Of a stretch of 64,000 nucleotides of DNA, positions 48,610 to 57,389 are shown piece by piece (position 1 is the stretch's first letter; each line of letters opens with the position of its first letter). The notes beneath the pieces were generated by a model. That model saw only the letters and a list, made by a program, of their open reading frames with translations. It was not told the DNA's origin and did no database searches. The DNA lies in the IMG/VR virus record IMGVR_UViG_3300021431_002079, positions 1,975 through 65,974 of that record. One strand, 5' to 3'. Position numbers and translations under genes: made by a program. This DNA is from a virus.

Positions 48610-50724
48610 ATGAGTACATTAGTTTTAACAGGTTTAATTGGATTTGCGGCATTAATATTTGTCGTAACCGTATGGGGAATTCTTTCTCGTTATCGTAGAA
48701 GTGCACCAGATGAACTTTTGGTTGTATTCGGTAAGTCTGGAAAGATTCAAGTAACAGGTGAAGATGGTAAACAGCAAACATTGGTTGTACCATCAAAGAT
48801 TATTCAAGGTGGAGGTACATTTGTTTGGCCTATTATTCAGGATTGGAAAAAGATGTCAATGAAGCCTATTCAGATTAAGGCAACAGTTGACGGTATTGAT
48901 TCTCAGGCTATTCAATTACACTTACCAGTAGTATTAACAACAGCAATTTCTCGTGATAAGGAAATTCAACAGAATGCAGCTACTCGTTTCTTGAGTGCTA
49001 CTGCTGATGAGATTGAATCACAGATTAAGGAAATCTTGATTGGTGAAACTCGTGCTATTATGGCGACAATGCTTATTGAGGAAATTAACGCTGACCGTGA
49101 TAAGTTCTTGACAAAGGTTCGTACAAACCTTGAACAGGAGTTGACAAAGATTGGTTATGATGTTACAAATATTAACATATCAGAAATTACCGATGATGCC
49201 AACTATATTAAGAACATGGGTCAGAAAGCTACAACTCGTAAGCAAGCTGAAGCTGAGGCAGATATCGCTGAACAAAGAAAGACAGGTAATGTAAAGATTG
49301 CTAATACAAAGAAGGAAGAGGAAATTCAGGTTGCTGCTGCTGAAAAGGAAAAGCAAGTAACGGTTAATCAGACTCGTCAGGAGCAGGAAGTACAGGTTGC
49401 TGCTATTGAAAGAGATAAGCAAATTCAGTTGGCAGAAGCTGAGAAGGAACGTGAATCTGGTATTGCTGACCAGGAAGCAGAAAAGGCATCTCGTATTGCT
49501 AATGCACAGGCATTGGCAGAATCAAAGAAGGCAGAAGCTAAGGCAAAGCAGATTGCAAGTGTATCTGCCGCAGAGGCAGATGCTGCATCAAAACAGGCTG
49601 AAGCTGATGCCAGAAAAGTAGCCGCTGTTGCCGCTCGTAAGGCTGAAGCTGAATCTGCAAAGGCTAAATCTGAAGCTGAACAGACTAAGGCAATTGCAAC
49701 ATCACAGGCAGATGCTGAAGCAACAGAGAACGAACAGGAAGCAAAGAAGCAAACTCGTATTGCACAAGCTAATCAGGCTAAGGAAGCAGAAATTGTAAAG
49801 GCAACTCAAGAGAAGGAATCTAAGGCCGCTGAGTATGAATCTGAGAAACGTAAGCGTAAGGCTGAGGCTGATAAGAAAGCTGGTGTTGCAGAACAGATAG
49901 CAAAGATTGAGGTAGCCCAAGCTACAGCTAAGGCAGGTCAAGCTGAAGCAGATGCAAAGAAGATTAAGGAAACCGCAATGGTTGATGCTGAAATGTCAGT
50001 TGCAAAGACTCGTCAAGAAAGACAGATAGAAGTTAATAAGGCACAAGCTAAGGCTGCTGAAGAGCAATTGAATGCTACCGAGATTGTACCTGCACAAAAG
50101 GCAAAGGAAAAGGCCGTTATTGAAGCAGAAGCAATTAAGCGTAAGGCAGAACTTGAAGCTGAAGCAGTTAAGGCAAAGTTACTTCGTGAAGCTGAAGCAG
50201 AAGCAGAAGCAACTCGTATTAAGTTGAATGCTGAAGCTGAAGGCACAAAGAATAAGTTGATGGCAGAAGCCGAAGGTAAGCGTGCAAGTTTGCTTGCTGA
50301 AGCAGAAGCAATACAGCAAAAGGAATTAGCACCTGCTATGGCTCTTGAAAGAATGGTTGCTGCAGTTGGTGGAAATCCTGACCTTGTTGTTCAGTATAAG
50401 ATGGTTGACCAATATAAGGGTATTGCTGAAGCACAGAGTCATGTCTTGGAGCATCTAAATCTTGGTCAAGTTACAGTTTATGGTGATAAGAACACTGGCG
50501 CTGATTTTGCTAAGAGTTTCATTGAAAAATTTGCTCCAGCATTAACTATGATTAATAGTGGTGTTAAGGATCAATTCAAAGGATTATTTGAAATTGGACA
50601 AAAATCAAATGCATTAAATGGCCCTAAGGATCCAGATCCTGATGGAAATGATGGTGGTTCAAATAAAAAGACTACTAAAAAGTCAAAGAAAGATGTTGAG
50701 CCAATTTTTGAGGAAGCAAAATAA
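48610..50724 (+). CDS. SPFH/band-7 flotillin-like protein (YqiK/FloT-like) with long A/E/K-rich coiled coil
   Basis: N-terminal TM LVLTGLIGFAALIFVVTVWGIL + SPFH-like core (YRRSAPDELLVVFG...QTLVVPSKIIQGGGTFVWPIIQ...), about 400-aa EA-repeat coiled coil, basic C-terminal tail. Confidence 0.65.
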   Translation: MSTLVLTGLIGFAALIFVVTVWGILSRYRRSAPDELLVVFGKSGKIQVTGEDGKQQTLVVPSKIIQGGGTFVWPIIQDWKKMSMKPIQIKATVDGIDSQAIQLHLPVVLTTAISRDKEIQQNAATRFLSATADEIESQIKEILIGETRAIMATMLIEEINADRDKFLTKVRTNLEQELTKIGYDVTNINISEITDDANYIKNMGQKATTRKQAEAEADIAEQRKTGNVKIANTKKEEEIQVAAAEKEKQVTVNQTRQEQEVQVAAIERDKQIQLAEAEKERESGIADQEAEKASRIANAQALAESKKAEAKAKQIASVSAAEADAASKQAEADARKVAAVAARKAEAESAKAKSEAEQTKAIATSQADAEATENEQEAKKQTRIAQANQAKEAEIVKATQEKESKAAEYESEKRKRKAEADKKAGVAEQIAKIEVAQATAKAGQAEADAKKIKETAMVDAEMSVAKTRQERQIEVNKAQAKAAEEQLNATEIVPAQKAKEKAVIEAEAIKRKAELEAEAVKAKLLREAEAEAEATRIKLNAEAEGTKNKLMAEAEGKRASLLAEAEAIQQKELAPAMALERMVAAVGGNPDLVVQYKMVDQYKGIAEAQSHVLEHLNLGQVTVYGDKNTGADFAKSFIEKFAPALTMINSGVKDQFKGLFEIGQKSNALNGPKDPDPDGNDGGSNKKTTKKSKKDVEPIFEEAK

Positions 50725-50745
50725 AATATTAATTTTAACTATTAA

Positions 50746-50781
50746 AAAATGAGCAATTTTTAAAATTGCTCATTTTTTTTG
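50746..50781 (+). terminator. rho-independent terminator
   Basis: stem aaaatgagcaatttt / aaaattgctcatttt then T8. Confidence 0.65.
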
Positions 50782-50840
50782 TTTAAAAAATCATAATTTA
50801 ATAATATTATTTTATTTTTAATTATAAATAAAAATTATAT

Positions 50841-51464
50841 TTGTTAACTATTATGAATTACGATGGAAAATTTGGGACTGAAGATCCGTTAGATTCAAAG
50901 GGTCAATTAGATGATTTATTTGTTAATAGTGAAGCTCCAGATTTAGGAGACACAGATGAGACATTTGAAACTCCAATATTAGTTATAGATATGGAAGAGG
51001 TCGATAAGCGAACCTTAGATAGAGCAACAGATATAACAAATAAATTGGCGTCATATTATTTTGATCAAAAATATATAGATAATCATCCATACGTAACATC
51101 AAAAATAACTCAAGAAATAGATAATATTAGAAGATTATTAAAAATGTTGGCAGTTAATGAAAAAGCTCAAGATACATTAATAATGTCAATAACAGGATAT
51201 TCTTCTAAAGGAACATTGTATTCTTCTTTAACATCTTTACAAAATTCAATGTTACAAATGCAATCACAATTAAATACATTAACAACAAATCTTGAAGATA
51301 TATTTAAAGAAATGCAAGAAAATTGTGATAAGACATTCCAAGAAAAAGAAAAAGAAGAAGCAGAAGATGGATCTATTGTTGTTCGTGGATCTCGTGATTT
51401 TATTAAAGAAATTGAAAAGTCATTACGTAATAATAAAACTCAACAGAGCGAAAATGCTGCTTAA
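50841..51464 (+). CDS. hypothetical coiled-coil acidic protein (207 aa), possible prohead core/assembly protein
   Basis: immediately upstream of the gp21-like gene (position of gp67/gp68 in T4); TATAAATA 11 nt upstream. Confidence 0.4.
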   Translation: MLTIMNYDGKFGTEDPLDSKGQLDDLFVNSEAPDLGDTDETFETPILVIDMEEVDKRTLDRATDITNKLASYYFDQKYIDNHPYVTSKITQEIDNIRRLLKMLAVNEKAQDTLIMSITGYSSKGTLYSSLTSLQNSMLQMQSQLNTLTTNLEDIFKEMQENCDKTFQEKEKEEAEDGSIVVRGSRDFIKEIEKSLRNNKTQQSENAA

Positions 51465-51531
51465 ATAATTATTATGTAAGAAAAAATTTTATTTTTATTA
51501 AATAACAAATATATTTAACATATAAAAGCAT

Positions 51532-53280
51532 ATGACAAACAAACGTTGCTTGATATATGAAACTTTGGGAAGTGTTTCAAATCTTGAAGTGTTTGAAGGT
51601 AAAGGCGATGGTTTAATGCGTTTGCATGGTGTTTTTGGTGTATGTGGTGTAAAGAATCAAAATAATCGTGTTTATGATAAAACTAATTATGGACAGATGG
51701 TTGAAGCTTTACAACAGAAAATTAAAGAATCAGGTTGTCCTGGTGAATTGGAACATCCAAATTCAATGAATATTAATCTTGAAAATGTTTCACACAAGAT
51801 TGAGGAAATTAAAATGAATGAAGATGGTACAGTAACAGGTACAATAGTTCTTTTAAATACCCCAAAAGGTCAAATAGCTAAAGCTATTGTTGAAGGTGGT
51901 TTACCACTATTTATTTCATCACGTGGTGCTGGTACAATTACTAATGAAGGACGTGTAACTTTATCTTCAATTCAAACGTATGACTTAGTTGGTACTCCTG
52001 GTTTTAGTCAAGCTAAATTAACTTTAAAGACAAATCAGACTTTAGAATGTCTTAATGAAGGTCTTGATGAAGGAAATGCAGTTTGGGCAATTGTCGAAGG
52101 TGAAGATTCTACAGATGATTTATTATCAGATGATGACGACGATAAAAAGAAAGAAGATAAGTCTGATGATAAAAAGGAAGAAGATTCTAGCAAATCAGAC
52201 GATAAGAAAGATGACGATAAGTCAGATGACAAATCAGATGAAGAAGACAAAAAACCAAAAGACAAAAAACCAAAGAAGGAAAACTCTGATAAAGAAGATA
52301 ACAAAAATAATGATGAAGATATTAATATGAAAGATCTTAAAGATGCTATAGATAAGTTATCTGAAAAGGTAACTACTCTTGAAAGTGAACTTCATGTAGC
52401 TCAAGAATCTTTAAAGGAATGTAAGTCAGTTGAACCAGTAAACTACAAAGCAATAGAACGTTGGGTTAATCAAGAATTTTCTCCAAGTTTTATGAATCAA
52501 GTTGAAGAATGTATTGATGACAAAATTTCTGAAGCTGAAATGAACACAAAAATCATGATAGATGATAAAGTATCTGAATCTTTAACTAATGTATGTGAAG
52601 GTGTTCAATCTTGGATTACTAAAGAATTTGCTCCAGAAGTACAAAACTGGATTACTGAAGAATTTGCTCCAGAAGTACAAAATTGGATCACTGAAGAATT
52701 TGCTCCAGAAGTACAAAACTGGGTATGTGAAGAATTCTCTCCAGAAGTACAAAACTGGATCACTGAAGAATTTGCTCCAAAAGTACAAGACTGGATTACT
52801 GAAGAATTTGCTCCAGTTGTTGAAGGTTGGGTTAATGAAGAATTCTCTCCAGAAATTCAAAACAAAGTAAATGAAAATGTTTCTGCATTTATGGAATCAC
52901 AAAAGGCAGGACGTTTAGATGAAATTGATAGCTTATTAGAATCAATTGAATCAAGTGGTAATAATGTTGATGTAAACAATATTATTAAAGAACAACAAAC
53001 TGCTAATAAATTCGCTGGTATTTATTGTGTAGATAATATGCCTGCTGAATATGCTCCAAAATGGAATACATTAACTGAAAGTCGTCAACAAGAAATTGTT
53101 AGATCTTCAAAGATGTATGATTTCACAAAAGAAGGTGTTTTAGAATCATTCTGGTCTAGTATTGATTTTGAAAAAGTTAACGAATCTAAGGAAACTAATG
53201 TTTTCGAAAATGATCCTATTTACAAATATCAAAACAATATTATTAAGCATATGAAATCACTACGTGGTTATAATGTATAA
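51532..53280 (+). CDS. gp21: prohead protease (T4 gp21-like) fused to acidic scaffold-like region with tandem repeats
   Basis: N-terminal about 190 aa (LMRLHGVFGVCGVKNQNNRVYDK...GELEHPNS...ISSRGAG) resembles T4 gp21 (GxFGVFGExNxNxRxYP ... GELxHP ... STRG); then a D/K/E low-complexity spacer, a coiled coil and a 7x 12-aa repeat. Confidence 0.6.
   Translation: MTNKRCLIYETLGSVSNLEVFEGKGDGLMRLHGVFGVCGVKNQNNRVYDKTNYGQMVEALQQKIKESGCPGELEHPNSMNINLENVSHKIEEIKMNEDGTVTGTIVLLNTPKGQIAKAIVEGGLPLFISSRGAGTITNEGRVTLSSIQTYDLVGTPGFSQAKLTLKTNQTLECLNEGLDEGNAVWAIVEGEDSTDDLLSDDDDDKKKEDKSDDKKEEDSSKSDDKKDDDKSDDKSDEEDKKPKDKKPKKENSDKEDNKNNDEDINMKDLKDAIDKLSEKVTTLESELHVAQESLKECKSVEPVNYKAIERWVNQEFSPSFMNQVEECIDDKISEAEMNTKIMIDDKVSESLTNVCEGVQSWITKEFAPEVQNWITEEFAPEVQNWITEEFAPEVQNWVCEEFSPEVQNWITEEFAPKVQDWITEEFAPVVEGWVNEEFSPEIQNKVNENVSAFMESQKAGRLDEIDSLLESIESSGNNVDVNNIIKEQQTANKFAGIYCVDNMPAEYAPKWNTLTESRQQEIVRSSKMYDFTKEGVLESFWSSIDFEKVNESKETNVFENDPIYKYQNNIIKHMKSLRGYNV
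52612..52863 (+). repeat. 7 tandem copies of a 36-bp in-frame repeat (W[IV]TEEF[AS]PEVQN)
   Basis: direct reading: tggattactgaagaatttgctccagaagtacaaaac x7 with few substitutions. Confidence 0.9.
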
Positions 53281-53366
53281 AAATTATCTATACGATAAGA
53301 AAAAATTTTATTTTTAATAAATACAAAAACAAAACCATTCTCTAAAAGAGAAATAACAAATAAATT

Positions 53367-55139
53367 TTGAATATAAATAATATGTTTATTAACGAACAAA
53401 ATGGCGCAGTTACATGGGAAAAGATGTTGAAGGAAAACTTCAATGTTAATGACCAGGAAAAACTTAACTGGGTTTCTCAATATGCTGCAATTCATGAAAT
53501 TCATGAATCACAAATCGGTGTTAATGGTAATGCAGTTGCTGTTAGTACAGCTCAACCTGGTGTTGGTCCAATGTATGCAACTCCATTGAATACAACTGGT
53601 ATGGGTAACCCTTATGCACCAAGTCAACTTAGTACAACAAGTACAGCACCTTATGATGCTACTAATCCAACAGGTTCATTCTGGGGTCAAACTCCAGGTT
53701 CTGGTGATATACCAGTATCTACACTTCCAATGGCTCTTAACATTGCATTGTTAACTATTGGTCTTGAACTTGTTCCAGTAATTCCTTCAAAAGGTCCTTG
53801 GGCATTATTAACATATATGGATTTCCCTTATGCTGGTGGTAAACTTGGACGTGTTAATGAAACTTCATTTGACGGTAAGGGTGAAGGTAATGAGAACAAA
53901 CCAATCTATGTTAAGATTAAAGGTTTAACACTTTCACAAATCAAAGAATTACGTGAAAGTAATGAAGCTGTTGCTGATGCTATAGTAACTGTTGGTGATT
54001 TCACAGGTAAGTGGATCGCATTCGGTCGTATGGATGCTTGCCCTCTTGTTAAGGTTGTTAGTGTTGCTAAAAAGGACAATCAAGATCAATCTCTTGCTGA
54101 AGCATTTGATGCTGCTAAAACTGTTGTAGTTGGTGGAAAGACAATTACACTTGATACAGAGACAAATCAAAAGGTTACTCCTGATTTCGTGCAAACTTCT
54201 GTAGACCTTGTTGATGGTTTCGCAAACTTCGCTACTGGTAAGAAAGAAGCAATGACACGTGCTCAAAACGAAACTGGTACAGGTAATACAATCGGTCTTC
54301 GTTTATTCAGTAAATGGATTCAAATGGGTTCATACGAAGTTACTGGTACAGTTACTCGTCAACAACTTCAAGATCTTCCACTTTATGGTGTTGATGCTGT
54401 ATCTAAGGTTATGGAAGCACTTCAAAACGAAATCTCTCAACACATTAACCAACGTATCCTTGAAAGAGTATTCGCTCTTGGTGTTACTAACGCTGTACAA
54501 CAAAAGGCACGTCAAGGTGTAGACCTTAACTTATGGATGGGTAAATCAGGTGATGTTGATTTCGCAGATGCATTCCCAGGTGTTCCACACTTCACAGATA
54601 TTTATGGACACGATTTCAAAGCTGACTGGGGTAATGTTAAGAATGCTGAAGTTAATACATCTGCTGAAAACTTATCTACTCGTCAACGTCGTATCATGTC
54701 TAAGGTGCTCGCTGCTGCTAACTTAATCCAATTAGTTGGTCGTCGTGGTCGTCCTACATGGATCGTAACAAGTGGTCAAGTTGCTACTGCATTACAAGAT
54801 GTATCAGGTTATGTTGTTGCTCCAATGCTTAACACATTATCTCAATCTAACACTCAAAACCTTTACCACGCTGGTACAATCGCTGGTCTTCAAGTTTATG
54901 TAGACCCATACATGGATTGGAACGATACTCGTATCTGTATTGGTCGTAAGGGTGATGGTAACTCACCAGGTGTTATATTCATGCCTTATATACTTGCAGA
55001 CACAGTTTCTATTACTGCAGAAGGTACAATGGCACCTAAGATGCTTGTTAACAGCCGTTATACTATTGCTGAAGCTGGATTCTATCCAGAGTTGCAATAT
55101 TTCACAATTGCTGTTGGTTCTGAATTTGGTATTATCTAA
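53367..55139 (+). CDS. gp23: major capsid protein, T4 gp23-like
   Basis: C-terminal half aligns by eye to T4 gp23: TWIVTSGQVATALQDV ~ NFIIASRNVVNVLASV; GLQVYVDPYMDWNDTRICIGRKGDGNSPGVIFMPYILA ~ GKYRVYIDQYAKQDYFTVGYKGPNEMDAGIYYAPYVAL; N-terminal propeptide contains I-x-E sites (IHEIHE); real start could be the Met at 53382. Confidence 0.85.
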   Translation: MNINNMFINEQNGAVTWEKMLKENFNVNDQEKLNWVSQYAAIHEIHESQIGVNGNAVAVSTAQPGVGPMYATPLNTTGMGNPYAPSQLSTTSTAPYDATNPTGSFWGQTPGSGDIPVSTLPMALNIALLTIGLELVPVIPSKGPWALLTYMDFPYAGGKLGRVNETSFDGKGEGNENKPIYVKIKGLTLSQIKELRESNEAVADAIVTVGDFTGKWIAFGRMDACPLVKVVSVAKKDNQDQSLAEAFDAAKTVVVGGKTITLDTETNQKVTPDFVQTSVDLVDGFANFATGKKEAMTRAQNETGTGNTIGLRLFSKWIQMGSYEVTGTVTRQQLQDLPLYGVDAVSKVMEALQNEISQHINQRILERVFALGVTNAVQQKARQGVDLNLWMGKSGDVDFADAFPGVPHFTDIYGHDFKADWGNVKNAEVNTSAENLSTRQRRIMSKVLAAANLIQLVGRRGRPTWIVTSGQVATALQDVSGYVVAPMLNTLSQSNTQNLYHAGTIAGLQVYVDPYMDWNDTRICIGRKGDGNSPGVIFMPYILADTVSITAEGTMAPKMLVNSRYTIAEAGFYPELQYFTIAVGSEFGII

Positions 55140-55191
55140 ACTATATAAGGCATTATTCTCGCCTCTATATATTAATCCGATTCGTAAGAGT

Positions 55192-55233
55192 CAAAAAATG
55201 AGAGTGATAACTTCGGTTATCACTCTTTTTTTA
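55192..55233. terminator. bidirectional terminator hairpin (A6-stem-loop-T7)
   Basis: aaaaaa tg agagtgataa cttcgg ttatcactct ttttttt; overlaps the stop of the minus-strand gene 55220-56446. Confidence 0.65.
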
Positions 55234-56446
55234 GCCATTCTTTTAGATCTTTTATATTAAAAAATTCTAAGTAATTTAATTTATTTTCTTTAGCAGTATT
55301 TCGTTTTTTAACATCCATAATTGTCCATGTTATTATTGCACTTTTATAAAATTTTGTATTTTTTAACTCCCATATATTTTTCTTGTTTATATCTGCTTCA
55401 GTATTTTCAAATGGTTTAAGACCATGAGTCCACATATAATTGCATTCTATATATAAATCTAAACATGGAACATAGAAATCACAACGCCATGGATATTTAT
55501 CACTTTTGTATTGCCTTATAACATCTGGATATTTTTCTTTTAACAATAAATAAGATTCATCTTCAGGTTTTGATGTATTAAATGTTTTATTTTTATTTTT
55601 TGTATTTTGAATTTTATTAATAACACTTGATAATTTTGATGGATGTGTTACATTATATTTTTTAATATATGTGTTTTTTGTTTTTTCAATATTATTATAA
55701 TTTTCGTCTCCGTATTTATCTAGTTTTGTCTTTTTTATTTTTTCAGTGTTAATATAATAATATCCATATTTATCTATAATTGTTTTTCTAGCTTTATTTC
55801 TATTATTATAAGTAGCATCATTATATTTTTTAATTTTTGTTAAGAAAACTTTGTTTTTTATTTCATTTGAACTCATTGGAGAATTACCTCCAAATTTTTT
55901 TATATTTGTAGTTTTTCTTTTTATTTTTGATTCTTTTGTTTTAGCTGCTTCAATTCCTTTGTTGTGTATTTCTGTAATTTTTAATACAGATTCTTCCCCA
56001 TATCGTTTTAAATTAGTTTCCTTTGCTTTATTTGTATTGTTAAATGTCTTATCTCCATATTTTTCTAATTTTGTTTGTAATGTTTTTTGTATATTATTAC
56101 ATGACCCATATTTTTCTAATGATGTTATTTGTTGTTTTTTATAAACATTTGGATCTTTTTGACGACAAGATATTGAACAGTGTTTAGTAAATATCCCTTT
56201 ATTATTTGGTTTACCGATAAACTTTAATTTATTACCACACACTGGGCATTTTGGTCTATCATATATCTTATACACAATTCTTAATAAAGACTCATAAATA
56301 CTTTCACTATCATCAAATCTATTTAATAAATAGTTATAAATATTTCTATAACACTTTTGTTTTTGATTAAATCTTCTATAAGCTTTGGTTGAAGTATTGT
56401 TATCCCAAAATAGTTCACTTATTATGTTATCATGATTGTAATTCAT
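55220..56446 (-). CDS. homing-endonuclease-like protein with Zn ribbon and KYG(V)-type repeats (copy 1)
   Basis: CPVCGNKLKF...CSISC zinc ribbon; about 8 repeats of [LI]xKYGxxxxNNxxKxKxT (homing-endonuclease-associated repeat type); conserved C-terminal domain YKSDKYPWRCDFYVPCLDLYIECNYMWTHG...AKENKLNY shared with 56430 and 62630. Confidence 0.5.
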   Translation of the reverse strand: MNYNHDNIISELFWDNNTSTKAYRRFNQKQKCYRNIYNYLLNRFDDSESIYESLLRIVYKIYDRPKCPVCGNKLKFIGKPNNKGIFTKHCSISCRQKDPNVYKKQQITSLEKYGSCNNIQKTLQTKLEKYGDKTFNNTNKAKETNLKRYGEESVLKITEIHNKGIEAAKTKESKIKRKTTNIKKFGGNSPMSSNEIKNKVFLTKIKKYNDATYNNRNKARKTIIDKYGYYYINTEKIKKTKLDKYGDENYNNIEKTKNTYIKKYNVTHPSKLSSVINKIQNTKNKNKTFNTSKPEDESYLLLKEKYPDVIRQYKSDKYPWRCDFYVPCLDLYIECNYMWTHGLKPFENTEADINKKNIWELKNTKFYKSAIITWTIMDVKKRNTAKENKLNYLEFFNIKDLKEWLKKE

Positions 56447-57389
56447 TCACATATTCTCTTGCTTCATTAACATTCCACAATTCTTTATAATTTAATTTAT
56501 TTTCTTTTGCTATGTTTCTTTTTCTTACATCCAAATCCGTCCATGTATATATAATAGAATCATATTGAGTTCTTTTATTGTTATTATATTGTTTAAGCAA
56601 ATTAGATTTATTAATTAGATTATTTAATTCATTTTTATCTTCTATAGAATTTGTAAACGGTCTCCCATGATGAAAATGACTATAATTACATTCTATATAT
56701 AAATCTAAACTACATATATAGAAATCACAATTAAATGGATACTTATCTGAAGAGTACTGTCTTATTATATCTTTTTCATCAAATATTGTTTTTAATAATT
56801 CATATGTTTCTTCTTCTGGTTTAGATTTATTAAACTTACCATTTGCCTTTATTGTATTATTTCTTTTTTCTCTAATAGATTTAACAAACATTCCATTATA
56901 AACCCCATATTTGGTTTTCATACCATTTTGACGTTTAATTTCTATAATCTTACAAGCATTATCCCATGACCCATATTTTTTAGATAATGTGTCTTTTCTA
57001 TGTTGAATCTTTTCAGGAGTATTTATGTTCCACCCAAGTACACCATTATGTTTATTTCTATCTGTGTATTGTTTCTTTTTTATTGTATTTTTATTTTTTC
57101 CAGAACATCTATTTGAACAGAATGTTGCAAATAACTTATTACCTTTACCTATGAATTTTACTGGTTTACCGCACGTTTTACATACTGGGCGAATGTTACA
57201 ATTATGACGAATTCGATATAATGTTTCCTTAAAAGATTCAGAATCATCATACCGATTTTCAATATAATTAATTATGTTTTTATATTTTGTTTTTTTCTTA
57301 TAGTGTCTTTTATATTTATTTAAATAAGATTGATTAAAATGCCAATCATCAATAAAAAATATATTAGACAATATTTTATCATAGTTCAT
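56430..57389 (-). CDS. homing-endonuclease-like protein (copy 2, fewer repeats)
   Basis: CKTCGKPVKF...CSNRC; same C-terminal domain (YSSDKYPFNCDFYICSLDLYIECNY...AKENKLNY); 17-nt overlap with copy 1. Confidence 0.5.
   Translation of the reverse strand: MNYDKILSNIFFIDDWHFNQSYLNKYKRHYKKKTKYKNIINYIENRYDDSESFKETLYRIRHNCNIRPVCKTCGKPVKFIGKGNKLFATFCSNRCSGKNKNTIKKKQYTDRNKHNGVLGWNINTPEKIQHRKDTLSKKYGSWDNACKIIEIKRQNGMKTKYGVYNGMFVKSIREKRNNTIKANGKFNKSKPEEETYELLKTIFDEKDIIRQYSSDKYPFNCDFYICSLDLYIECNYSHFHHGRPFTNSIEDKNELNNLINKSNLLKQYNNNKRTQYDSIIYTWTDLDVRKRNIAKENKLNYKELWNVNEAREYVNELQS

Noticed and set aside
49180-50246. Alternative-frame ORFs within the flotillin-like gene (49180-49422 -, 49397-49621 +, 49702-49941 -, 50013-50246 -)
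   Set aside because: Artefacts of the long GCT/GAA-rich (Ala/Glu) coiled-coil coding repeat. All are nested within the 704-aa SPFH ORF.
52582-52870. ORFs 52589-52870 (+) and 52582-52860 (-) overlapping the scaffold repeats
   Set aside because: Frames generated by the 7x 36-bp tandem repeat. The in-frame reading W[IV]TEEFAPEVQN within the 582-aa ORF is the coherent one.
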